From the IMG/VR virus record IMGVR_UViG_2563366800_000001: a stretch of DNA of 15,498 bases, one strand, 5' to 3'. Under the pieces are notes generated by a model. It saw only the letters and a program-made list of their open reading frames with translations, ran no database searches and had not been told where the DNA came from. Within the stretch, counting starts at the first letter, position 1, and every line of letters begins with the position of its first letter. The stretch comes from a virus (Duplodnaviria > Heunggongvirae > Uroviricota > Caudoviricetes). Positions 1 to 8,638 of the stretch are shown in pieces. The translations under genes were made by a program, and so were the position numbers.

Positions 1-168
1 GCAATGGCTTCCATTAGTCTGATTCAACTGAAATTGCAGGCCGGGCGGAAGCTGATGCAGGCAGAGACCACCCGACTTAACACTGTGCTGGATTACATTG
101 ACGCGGTGACGGCAACAGATACCAGCACCGCGCCGGATGTCATCTGGCCTGAACTGCCGGAGGCGTAG
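1..168 (+). CDS. tail fibre assembly protein, C-terminal fragment (5' end lies left of the window)
   Basis: Frame +1 is open from base 1 to TAG at 166-168. Translation ends ...DTSTAPDVIWPELPEA, which matches the conserved C-terminal motif of lambdoid Tfa proteins. It converges on the opposite-strand tfa and overlaps its 3' end by 29 bp. Confidence 0.55.
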   Translation, partial: AMASISLIQLKLQAGRKLMQAETTRLNTVLDYIDAVTATDTSTAPDVIWPELPEA

Positions 169-559
169 GCCATTCAATATCGAGTGCTGTTAAAGTATTA
201 ATACGCATCAATAGCACGCGATATTTTTTCCATGCCAGTAACAGTTTCGTTTCATCATCTGTTGCCATACCTAAATCAACCGCATCCTGAAGCGGCGCTA
301 TTACATTCGTTGCCTCTGCTATCAGTGCAGATTTCTTTTCATCATTTATTAAGGCTAATTGTTCTGGTGTTGGAGAAGGACGGTCAACAATGACAGGGTG
401 ACCGTTCTCACCACAGGTAATCATTTTTGTTACACTCTGTGAGTTAATCAGTGTTTTCCACTCTGATTCCGAGATTTCCACTGCATCATCAGGAATATTG
501 GTGCCGTGAAATTCAGTCGAATAAAATCCGTTTGTCGATGCAGAATAAAAATATGACAT
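140..559 (-). CDS. tfa: tail fibre assembly protein (Tfa/U family)
   Basis: Track ORF 140..637 (-). Contains the Tfa-type N-terminal MSYFYSAS..GFY and C-terminal IAPLQDA..AWKKYRVLL..IEWP motifs. Start placed at the internal Met (557-559), 4 nt after the stop of the upstream tail-fibre cassette. Confidence 0.75.
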   Translation of the reverse strand: MSYFYSASTNGFYSTEFHGTNIPDDAVEISESEWKTLINSQSVTKMITCGENGHPVIVDRPSPTPEQLALINDEKKSALIAEATNVIAPLQDAVDLGMATDDETKLLLAWKKYRVLLMRINTLTALDIEWPTPPAVQAR

Positions 560-563
560 TTCG

Positions 564-974
564 TTAATATCCCATTGCAATGTAATACGCATCAGAAGAT
601 GCACCATATACTGAACCGGGCGACACTGTAATATCAAATCCAGTGTTATGGATATTTGTCGCCGATACAGTCGGCTGCCCTGACGCGCCAGTAACGTTCA
701 ATGTAACTACGACAGCAAGGACTCTTGAGAACGTCATCGGGAACGTCATCCCGTATGTTGAAGATGCATTCGGGGGGCTATTCAACATACCGCACTGTAA
801 AATTAATCCAGACGGAAATTTTTGCGCAGCAGCCGTTGCGGTATTACTTGACGCGAACAGGCTCATATCAGGTATCTGATTCGCCCCTGTACCTACATTC
901 CTTTTAGCTGCTTCTCCCAAACCAACGTTTTCGATAATGATCGTTAGTCGCTCAAATGGCATTATTCCCGCCAT
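564..974 (-). CDS. tail fibre C-terminal variable cassette (S'v-type, promoterless, inside the invertible segment)
   Basis: 136-aa ORF directly 5' (on the - strand) of tfa, with Gly/Ser/Thr/Ala/Asn-rich fibre-tip-like composition. An in-frame TAA lies immediately 5' of its first Met (975-977) and a crossover site (912-937) sits inside its first ~20 codons, as expected for a cassette that is only expressed after fusion to a constant fibre segment. Confidence 0.55.
   Translation of the reverse strand: MAGIMPFERLTIIIENVGLGEAAKRNVGTGANQIPDMSLFASSNTATAAAQKFPSGLILQCGMLNSPPNASSTYGMTFPMTFSRVLAVVVTLNVTGASGQPTVSATNIHNTGFDITVSPGSVYGASSDAYYIAMGY
912..937. other. site-specific recombination crossover site of the hix/gix/pix family (26 bp, two imperfect 12-bp half-sites around a central AA)
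   Basis: TTCTCCCAAACC AA CGTTTTCGATAA. Compare hixL as I recall it: TTCTTGAAAACC AA GGTTTTTGATAA. The reverse complement of the right half-site (TTATCGAAAACG) matches the family half-site TTATCaAAAACC at 11 of 12 positions. It lies 55 bp upstream of the invertase start, the position gixR/hixR-type sites occupy. Confidence 0.7.
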
Positions 975-991
975 TTAAAGTGAGTTTAACC

Positions 992-1546
992 ATGCTTATT
1001 GGCTATGTACGTGTATCAACAAATGACCAGAACACGGCATTACAGCGTAATGCGCTGGAATGTGCAGGATGTGAGCTGATTTTTGAAGACAAGATAAGCG
1101 GCAGAACCTCAGACAGACCCGGACTAAAACGGGTACTCAGAACGCTATCTGAAGGTGACACCCTCGTGGTCTGGAAGCTTGATCGCCTCGGACGCAGCAT
1201 GCGTCATCTGGTTGGACTGGTGGAAGAACTACGCGAGCGAGGTATCAACTTTAAAAGTCTGACTGACAGCATAGATACTTCATCGCCAATGGGGCGCTTC
1301 TTTTTTCATGTTATGGGGGCATTGGCCGAGATGGAACGTGAACTGATTGTTGAACGTACACGTGCAGGTCTGGCTGCTGCGCGAGCTGAGGGGCGCGTGG
1401 GAGGTCGAAGACCTAAGTTAACACCTGAACAGTGGGCGCAGGCTGGAAGATTGTTAGCGGCTGGCGAAACTCGTCAGAGGGTGGCCCTAATTTATGACGT
1501 CGGAATCTCAACTCTGTACAAACGATTCCCAGCATCTGACATATAA
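992..1546 (+). CDS. pin: serine DNA invertase of the Pin/Gin/Hin/Cin family
   Basis: Translation MLIGYVRVSTNDQNT...GDTLVVWKLDRLGRSM...SPMGRFFFHVMGALAEMEREL... is the canonical resolvase/invertase catalytic domain with the Ser-10 nucleophile context and a C-terminal helix-turn-helix. The track ORF starts at 956, but the family N-terminus begins at the Met at 992. Confidence 0.9.
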   Translation: MLIGYVRVSTNDQNTALQRNALECAGCELIFEDKISGRTSDRPGLKRVLRTLSEGDTLVVWKLDRLGRSMRHLVGLVEELRERGINFKSLTDSIDTSSPMGRFFFHVMGALAEMERELIVERTRAGLAAARAEGRVGGRRPKLTPEQWAQAGRLLAAGETRQRVALIYDVGISTLYKRFPASDI

Positions 1547-1873
1547 ATCATGATCACAAACGCGATCCAATGTTAGTTGTCAATGTGTCGCGTTTTGATT
1601 GGCGCGCGGCATCCAGGGTATTGAAGTTGTGCGTAATCATTGAGATCCCGTTATTTTTATCAATTTTTGTTGCTATCCGATCGCAAAAAAGCCACGTCAT
1701 ATGATCAGATAATTCTGATAATGATAGACGCTATTTAACACTTCACACGGTTTGTATACGGAAAAGCATTTTGCTTTTTGTATTCAATTTAGACAGAATT
1801 TTATTAATCATTTCAGGGTAATGGGGTGATGAGATGTTGCGTAACAGGGCCAGAAGGCTAGACTACAAAATAA

Positions 1874-2878
<1,005 letters not shown>

Positions 2879-3067
2879 CAAAAGCAATTTTTCCGGCTGT
2901 CTGTATACAAAAACGCCGCAAAGTTTGAGCGAAGTCAATAAACTCTCTACCCATTCAGGGCAATATCTCTCTTGCAGGTGAATGCAACGTCAAGCGATGG
3001 GCGTTGCGCTCCATATTGTCTTACTTCCTTTTTTGAATTACTGCATAGCACAATTGATTCGTACGAC

Positions 3068-3095
3068 GCCGACTTTGATGAGTCGGCTTTTTTTT
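3068..3095 (+). terminator. rho-independent terminator (7-bp GC-rich stem, 6-nt loop, T8 tract)
   Basis: GCCGACT-ttgatg-AGTCGGC followed by TTTTTTTT, about 190 bp downstream of the zntB stop. Confidence 0.55.
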
Positions 3096-3152
3096 GCCTG
3101 TTATTTATCAGCGTCTACCCTTTAAGAGTCCACCCAATGACCAGAGGGAAAT

Positions 3153-3326
3153 ATGACGACACTTATTTATTTGCAAATTCCTGTCCCTGAACCGATTCCT
3201 GGCGATCCTGTTCCAGTGCCCGATCCGATCCCTCGCCCGCAACCCATGCCTGACCCACCACCCGATGAAGAACCGATTAAATTGTCGCATCGTGAGCGTA
3301 GATCTGCGAGGATACGCGCCTGCTAA
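3153..3326 (+). CDS. candidate small protein / upstream ORF, proline-rich (57 aa; not in the ORF track, presumably below its size cut-off)
   Basis: ATG at 3153 preceded by AGAGGG at 3143-3148; TAA at 3324-3326. Own translation: MTTLIYLQIPVPEPIPGDPVPVPDPIPRPQPMPDPPPDEEPIKLSHRERRSARIRAC. Ends 30 nt before the dbpA start. Confidence 0.3.
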   Translation: MTTLIYLQIPVPEPIPGDPVPVPDPIPRPQPMPDPPPDEEPIKLSHRERRSARIRAC

Positions 3327-3355
3327 CTTTGCGTCGATGACCACGAGAATAGATT

Positions 3356-4729
3356 GTGACCGCTTTTTCTACCCTGAATGTTTTGCCTCCCGCCCAACTC
3401 ACGAACCTTAATGAGTTGGGTTATTTAACCATGACGCCGGTGCAGGCCGCCGCGCTTCCGGCGATCCTTGCCGGAAAAGATGTTCGCGTGCAGGCGAAAA
3501 CCGGCAGCGGCAAAACGGCGGCTTTTGGCCTCGGCTTGTTACAGCAAATTGATGCGTCGCTATTTCAAACCCAGGCTTTAGTGCTGTGTCCTACGCGTGA
3601 ACTGGCGGATCAGGTGGCAGGTGAATTGCGTCGGCTGGCGCGTTTTCTGCCAAATACCAAAATTTTGACGTTGTGCGGTGGTCAACCGTTCGGTATGCAG
3701 CGTGATTCGTTGCAACATGCGCCGCATATTATCGTGGCAACGCCGGGGCGTTTGCTGGATCACCTGCAAAAAGGCACGGTATCACTGGATGCGTTGAATA
3801 CGCTGGTGATGGATGAGGCCGACCGCATGCTGGATATGGGATTTAGCGATGCCATTGATGATGTCATCCGTTTTGCGCCTGCATCTCGACAGACGCTTCT
3901 GTTTTCGGCAACCTGGCCGGAAGCCATCGCTGCAATCAGCGGACGAGTGCAACGCGATCCTTTGGCGATTGAAATTGACTCAACAGATGCTTTGCCACCC
4001 ATTGAACAACAATTTTATGAGACATCCAGCAAAGGCAAAATTCCTCTGTTGCAACGGTTATTAAGCTTGCATCAGCCATCCTCTTGCGTGGTGTTTTGCA
4101 ATACCAAAAAAGATTGCCAGGCTGTCTGCGACGCGCTGAATGAAGTAGGGCAAAGTGCATTGTCATTACACGGCGATTTGGAGCAACGCGATCGCGATCA
4201 GACCCTGGTACGTTTTGCTAACGGTAGCGCCCGTGTACTGGTCGCGACTGATGTTGCTGCGCGTGGTCTGGATATTAAATCGCTTGAGCTGGTGGTGAAC
4301 TTTGAGCTGGCGTGGGACCCTGAAGTTCATGTACATCGCATCGGTCGTACAGCTCGTGCAGGAAATAGCGGTCTGGCGATCAGTTTCTGTGCTCCGGAAG
4401 AAGCACAGCGGGCCAATATCATTTCTGACATGTTGCAGATAAAACTTAACTGGCAAACGCCGCCAGCTAATAGTTCCATTGCGACGCTGGAAGCAGAAAT
4501 GGCAACGTTGTGTATCGATGGCGGGAAAAAAGCCAAAATGCGCCCGGGTGATGTATTAGGTGCACTGACAGGAGATATCGGGCTTGATGGCGCAGATATT
4601 GGCAAAATCGCCGTGCATCCGGCGCATGTCTATGTCGCGGTCCGTCAGGCTGTTGCTCATAAAGCATGGAAACAGTTACAGGGCGGGAAGATTAAAGGAA
4701 AAACGTGCCGGGTGCGGTTATTAAAATAA
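3356..4729 (+). CDS. dbpA: ATP-dependent RNA helicase DbpA (DEAD-box, 23S rRNA-dependent)
   Basis: 457-aa ORF with GTG start. Carries the Q motif, Walker A (AKTGSGKT), DEAD (VMDEAD), SAT and HRIGRTAR motifs plus the C-terminal RNA-binding domain. Confidence 0.9.
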   Translation: MTAFSTLNVLPPAQLTNLNELGYLTMTPVQAAALPAILAGKDVRVQAKTGSGKTAAFGLGLLQQIDASLFQTQALVLCPTRELADQVAGELRRLARFLPNTKILTLCGGQPFGMQRDSLQHAPHIIVATPGRLLDHLQKGTVSLDALNTLVMDEADRMLDMGFSDAIDDVIRFAPASRQTLLFSATWPEAIAAISGRVQRDPLAIEIDSTDALPPIEQQFYETSSKGKIPLLQRLLSLHQPSSCVVFCNTKKDCQAVCDALNEVGQSALSLHGDLEQRDRDQTLVRFANGSARVLVATDVAARGLDIKSLELVVNFELAWDPEVHVHRIGRTARAGNSGLAISFCAPEEAQRANIISDMLQIKLNWQTPPANSSIATLEAEMATLCIDGGKKAKMRPGDVLGALTGDIGLDGADIGKIAVHPAHVYVAVRQAVAHKAWKQLQGGKIKGKTCRVRLLK

Positions 4730-4776
4730 TGAAATGTTGAATTGCCGGGTGCAAGAGTAAACATCTTATTCGGGAT

Positions 4777-4850
4777 TGCCGGATGCGACGCTGGCCGCGT
4801 CTTATCCGGCCTCCATAAGAGTAGCCCGATACGCTTGCGCATCGGGCGCT
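4777..4850. repeat. two REP (repetitive extragenic palindromic) units forming a BIME-like element between the convergent dbpA and ttcA genes
   Basis: Unit 1 (4777-4814): TGCCGGATGCGACGCTGGCCGCGTCTTATCCGGCCTCC with stem GCCGGAT/ATCCGGC. Unit 2 (4823-4850): GCCCGAT...ATCGGGC palindrome. Confidence 0.6.
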
Positions 4851-4857
4851 ATCCTGG

Positions 4858-5793
4858 TTATTTCACTTCAACCACATTCAGCCGTAACTCATCCAACTGA
4901 TTTTCATCTTCTTCTGGCTGCCAGCCCGCCGGTTGTAGTGGGATCTCTTCGCGATCAAACGCCAGATCACCCCCGTTAACCACTTCAGAACCGTGGGTGA
5001 TGCCTTTGAAATCGAACAGGTTGGTATCGCACAGATGCGACGGCACCACATTCTGCATCGCGCTGAACATCGTCTCGATACGCCCTGGATAACGTTTATC
5101 CCAGTCACGCAACATGTCAGCAATCACCTGACGTTGCAGGTTAGGCTGTGAACCGCACAGGTTGCACGGAATAATCGGGAACGCTTTTGCATCGGCAAAT
5201 CGCTGAATATCTTTCTCGCGGCAGTAGGCCAGCGGACGAATAACGATATGTTTGCCATCATCGCTCATCAGTTTCGGAGGCATACCTTTCATCTTACCGC
5301 CGTAGAACATATTTAAGAACAACGTTTGCAGGATATCGTCACGATGGTGACCCAACGCGATCTTCGTCGCCCCCAGTTCCGTTGCGGTACGATAAAGGAT
5401 ACCGCGACGAAGGCGAGAACACAGTGAGCAAGTGGTTTTGCCCTCTGGAATCTTCTCTTTCACGATACCGTAAGTATTCTCTTCAACAATCTTGTACTCA
5501 ACGCCCAGCTTTTCAAGATACTCGGGCAGAACGTGTTCCGGGAAGCCCGGTTGCTTTTGATCGAGGTTAACAGCCACCAGCGAAAAATTGATTGGCGCGC
5601 TTTGCTGCAAATTGCGCAGAATCTCCAGCATGGTATAGCTGTCTTTACCCCCGGAGAGGCAAACCATGATGCGATCGCCTTCTTCAATCATATTGAAGTC
5701 AGCAATGGCTTCGCCCACGTTACGACGCAGACGTTTTTGTAATTTGTTCAGGTTGTATTGTTCTTTCTTTGTAATTTGTTGATTTTCTTGCAT
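4858..5793 (-). CDS. ttcA: tRNA 2-thiocytidine(32) synthetase TtcA
   Basis: 311-aa ORF with the PP-loop ATPase motif (CLSGGKDS) and paired CxxC cysteines (CSLC, CNLC) typical of TtcA. Confidence 0.9.
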   Translation of the reverse strand: MQENQQITKKEQYNLNKLQKRLRRNVGEAIADFNMIEEGDRIMVCLSGGKDSYTMLEILRNLQQSAPINFSLVAVNLDQKQPGFPEHVLPEYLEKLGVEYKIVEENTYGIVKEKIPEGKTTCSLCSRLRRGILYRTATELGATKIALGHHRDDILQTLFLNMFYGGKMKGMPPKLMSDDGKHIVIRPLAYCREKDIQRFADAKAFPIIPCNLCGSQPNLQRQVIADMLRDWDKRYPGRIETMFSAMQNVVPSHLCDTNLFDFKGITHGSEVVNGGDLAFDREEIPLQPAGWQPEEDENQLDELRLNVVEVK

Positions 5794-5844
5794 TATTTCA
5801 GTTCTCTGGTACTAAATGGGGCAAATTGGGGGCAAACTTTGCAA

Positions 5845-7080
5845 CTACGATAACCGCGCATTCAACATGGCTATCTGTTCGTCGTTCATGTCATCAATCC
5901 ACATACCGTAAATTTCATACACCATCTGCGCAGTTTCATGCCCCATTTGGCTGGCTATAAATGCCGGGTTCGCTCCTGCCGTCAACAGCCAGCAGGCAAA
6001 AGTATGCCGCGTATGGTACGGATTACGGCGGCGAATACCAGCACGTTTTACTGCTGCATTCCACCTTGCCCCCAAACTGCTTACCGAGTAATAAGGTTTT
6101 TGTTTTCCGTTACACACCCTGGGCATGAAAACAAAATGCAGTTTTTGCTTTTCGGTTCTGCCGTACTCCCGATGATAAAAGGTGATTTCGCTTTTGCGAT
6201 GATGCCCGGTCAGTTTGTATTGCTCCTTCAGTGCTTCAAGAGCAGGCTGCAGTAGTGTTACTGTTCGGATCCCGGCATTTGTTTTTGGGGGACCGAACAT
6301 ATCAAGTATCGTCAGGTTTCTTCTGACATTCACTATTCCCTTTTCGAGATCCACATCCTCCCACGCCAGAGCTGCCAGTTCCCCGTGACGAAGTCCTGAG
6401 TAAACGGCAAATTTCCACAAGTTCTGGCTCTGTCCTTTTTCACTTTCCATTAATGCATTGAATTCTGTTTTAGATAACGGATCAGGCTTTATTCTGTTTC
6501 GCTGTAATTTTTTTACTCCTTCAAATGGTTTGGTTGATATAAATCCCGACTGATACGCAAAACGCAACAGCGAACAGAGCAGGGCGATATAGTTATCAAC
6601 TGTGCGCACGGTTCTTCCTTTTTTGTTGGATCTTGGATTATCCAGGTAAAGCGTTTCTCCATGCAGCAGTTCATTCCGGTAGTTTAAGATATCGCTATAA
6701 CGAATATGTGATATCGGGGTACTTTCACAAATTATTATTCTGAGTGTTTTTAATTGTGATTTCGTTTTCTTCATTGTGTTTGTTGTTAACTCTGTCTCTT
6801 TAATTTTTGTCCAGATATCACAAAGCTCTCCGAACGTTTTTATGACTCTCGTTGTCACCATTTTTGCCCCAGTGCTGGACTGGGGAAAACGTCTTAAATA
6901 CTCAAATTCACCGGAGTTTATTTCATGAACTATCAGCGCTCTTAAATTTCCGGCCTTTTTAATATTACTGTTTGTAATCTCCCAGCCTTTTAATGTTTCC
7001 CGACATCGTTTTCCTCGAAACATGAACCAGATGCGAATGTATCTACCTCTAATCTCGACACCTGTTGGTAATTTAGACAT
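5845..7080 (-). CDS. intR: prophage tyrosine integrase (Rac-type IntR)
   Basis: 411-aa ORF with the C-terminal catalytic region (...RHTFACWLLTAGANP...HETAQMVYEIYG...) of lambda-family integrases, immediately beside the ttcA 5' end. Its AT-rich N-terminal half contrasts with the flanking core genes. Confidence 0.9.
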   Translation of the reverse strand: MSKLPTGVEIRGRYIRIWFMFRGKRCRETLKGWEITNSNIKKAGNLRALIVHEINSGEFEYLRRFPQSSTGAKMVTTRVIKTFGELCDIWTKIKETELTTNTMKKTKSQLKTLRIIICESTPISHIRYSDILNYRNELLHGETLYLDNPRSNKKGRTVRTVDNYIALLCSLLRFAYQSGFISTKPFEGVKKLQRNRIKPDPLSKTEFNALMESEKGQSQNLWKFAVYSGLRHGELAALAWEDVDLEKGIVNVRRNLTILDMFGPPKTNAGIRTVTLLQPALEALKEQYKLTGHHRKSEITFYHREYGRTEKQKLHFVFMPRVCNGKQKPYYSVSSLGARWNAAVKRAGIRRRNPYHTRHTFACWLLTAGANPAFIASQMGHETAQMVYEIYGMWIDDMNDEQIAMLNARLS

Positions 7081-7081
7081 A

Positions 7082-7297
7082 TCATGAGTCTTTGATAAAC
7101 TGATTTATCTTTGGATAGTTGTACCAGATAATCCCTCGTTTGCTGTCTGGCTTACCTAAAGGAGATACTCGTTTGAAGTGGAAGCCCTCCACCCAACAGT
7201 TCTGGCGGTATGCTTCAATTTGTCTGGCCCCCAGACCAGTGCGAAGCATCAGGCCGTATTCAACCATCCACTCTTCATTAAAGATTACTTGTGCCAT
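7082..7297 (-). CDS. xisR: excisionase (Rac XisR/YdaQ-like)
   Basis: Small ORF directly upstream of int, ending 1 nt before the int start. Start placed at [10 protein letters not shown]... (71 aa); the track ORF begins further upstream at 7321. Confidence 0.7.
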   Translation of the reverse strand: MAQVIFNEEWMVEYGLMLRTGLGARQIEAYRQNCWVEGFHFKRVSPLGKPDSKRGIIWYNYPKINQFIKDS

Positions 7298-7375
7298 CGC
7301 ATCACCTCTGGCAGGTGCCAATGTTAGACTGAAATTGACGCCCGATGTTGATTATTAATAATCAGCTATGAAGTT

Positions 7376-7597
7376 TTAATTTGAATACAATGCAATTCTC
7401 GAGGACTGAAGTTTCTCGCAATTAAAATTTATCAGTTTTACTTTCTGCTCTCTGGAAACGCCTGCTTCTTTTTTACCTGAGAGCATTTTTTCGCATTCTG
7501 ATTTCGTTAGTTTAGATTTTGAATATCTTGTCCAGTTAGTAGGAGTGCCACCTTCCTTTTCAATAGTGGCGGTAATTTTATACATGAACACCTCCAT
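7376..7597 (-). CDS. ydaC: small prophage protein of unknown function (YdaC-like)
   Basis: Track ORF 7376..7657 (-), Lys/Glu-rich. The true start is uncertain: candidate Mets give 7585, 7597 or 7657; the longest overlaps ralR. Confidence 0.45.
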   Translation of the reverse strand: MEVFMYKITATIEKEGGTPTNWTRYSKSKLTKSECEKMLSGKKEAGVSREQKVKLINFNCEKLQSSRIALYSN

Positions 7598-7772
7598 TAT
7601 TATTTCCAGTGGTTCGTTTATTCCATCTTTCGAGTGCTTCTTTTTCACTTCCACCATAACCGGTTCGGGATTCGCATCCGTTACACTTCGCTCGGTAATA
7701 TCCTGAAATGGCTTTCACCGTTACTGATGGACAACCACAAAATGGACATGGTTTAACATTGTCATATCTCAT
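7578..7772 (-). CDS. ralR: RalR/Lar restriction-alleviation protein (reported DNase toxin of a type I toxin-antitoxin pair)
   Basis: 64-aa product MRYDNVKPCPFCGCPSVTVKAISGYYRAKCNGCESRTGYGGSEKEALERWNKRTTGNNNGGVHV with a four-cysteine zinc-ribbon-like pattern. Start at the internal Met of track ORF 7578..7811. Confidence 0.8.
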   Translation of the reverse strand: MRYDNVKPCPFCGCPSVTVKAISGYYRAKCNGCESRTGYGGSEKEALERWNKRTTGNNNGGVHV

Positions 7773-7800
7773 AATTTTTCTCATAAAAAATATTTCAAGT

Positions 7801-7819
7801 TGGCGGTGCATTACACCGC
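7801..7819 (-). terminator. stem-loop downstream of recT (possible weak terminator or processing site)
   Basis: GGCGGTG-catta-CACCGCC perfect 7-bp inverted repeat located 10 nt after the recT stop. On the - strand the T-run begins about 12 nt after the stem, so terminator geometry is marginal. Confidence 0.3.
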
Positions 7820-7828
7820 CAGGCTGAA

Positions 7829-8638
7829 TTATTCCTCTGAATTATCGATTACACTGTATTCCCCGGTTAATACAGAGGAATCTGCAGGATCGATTGTCAG
7901 TGGTTCCTTTTCATCCATTGATACTGCACGCTGGATCTCAATTGATACGGGCAGATATTTGAACAGGCGACGAATAGCCGTTTTCTTTGCCATTTCTTCC
8001 CAGTGAGTTACCCACGGCCCGTTATTACCAGCTTTACTCAGGCTGCGCACCAGCTCAATCTGTTTGCGCGTCATAACTTCAAACTGAGTACCTCCGTCTT
8101 TCAGTCTTGCGACAGCATAGACGTGGGTAACCGGGGCATCTTCGTTTTCTCCCGGGCGGTGTATTAACTTTTCATCAAGGCCAAATTCGAAGCTAAACTC
8201 GTCACCTTCACGGACAACACGGGCTGACAGGCTGGCGATTTGACCAGAACGGCGAGCCAGATCAATCATGCCGCGATAGCCAATGATTAGCTGAACGTTC
8301 TTTTTACCGCTCTTTTCGTTTTTATTACCAAAAGGCAGTAAATATGCATGACCGAGGGCGCTACCTGGCTCAAGTCCGAGCTGTGAACACTGTACGATCG
8401 CACTGACAAAACTCATAGTGTCACAGTTTCCTAACGCCGGAACTTTACGAATTTCTGTGGTGGCGATACGGATCATACGTTCAGCCGTCATATGGCGTGG
8501 AAGAGCTGCTGCCAGTTGCTCTTTCATTGATGGCTGGTTAATAAAACTAATCACGTCGCTATTTTTAACTGCTGCTGGTGCACGGTTTCCCTGAGTTTTT
8601 TGCAGATCGGCTTTTGCGATTGGTGGTTGCTTAGTCAT
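7829..8638 (-). CDS. recT: RecT single-strand annealing protein
   Basis: 269-aa product starting [18 protein letters not shown]... The start overlaps the recE stop by 8 nt, the known recE-recT coupling arrangement. Confidence 0.9.
   Translation of the reverse strand: MTKQPPIAKADLQKTQGNRAPAAVKNSDVISFINQPSMKEQLAAALPRHMTAERMIRIATTEIRKVPALGNCDTMSFVSAIVQCSQLGLEPGSALGHAYLLPFGNKNEKSGKKNVQLIIGYRGMIDLARRSGQIASLSARVVREGDEFSFEFGLDEKLIHRPGENEDAPVTHVYAVARLKDGGTQFEVMTRKQIELVRSLSKAGNNGPWVTHWEEMAKKTAIRRLFKYLPVSIEIQRAVSMDEKEPLTIDPADSSVLTGEYSVIDNSEE

Noticed and set aside
954-976. 7-bp inverted repeat AAATGGC..(9)..GCCATTT between the crossover site and pin
   Set aside because: The 7-9-7 geometry does not match the 12-2-12 invertase site; could be an operator or chance. 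Not called as a feature.
956-991. Longer 196-aa version of the invertase ORF starting at ATG 956
   Set aside because: The invertase family N-terminus begins MLIGYVRVST with the catalytic Ser at position 10; the extra 12 codons overlap the region next to the crossover site and have no family counterpart.
2972-3190. 72-aa ORF on the + strand in the zntB-dbpA spacer
   Set aside because: It reads straight through the intrinsic terminator hairpin and T-tract; more likely non-coding or RNA-encoding sequence.
3108-3344. 78-aa Arg/Trp-rich ORF on the - strand
   Set aside because: Antisense of the proline-rich ORF (CCN codons give GGN/NGG Arg/Gly/Trp on the other strand); composition looks like a frame artefact.
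3578-4667. Several 60-100-aa ORFs on the - strand and one on the + strand inside dbpA
   Set aside because: All nested in or antisense to a well-supported helicase gene; Arg/Cys-rich shadow-frame composition.
5938-6255. 105-aa ORF on the + strand
   Set aside because: Antisense within the integrase catalytic region.
7800-8006. 68-aa ORF on the + strand
   Set aside because: Overlaps the recT 3' end in antisense and spans the hairpin; no ribosome-binding site.
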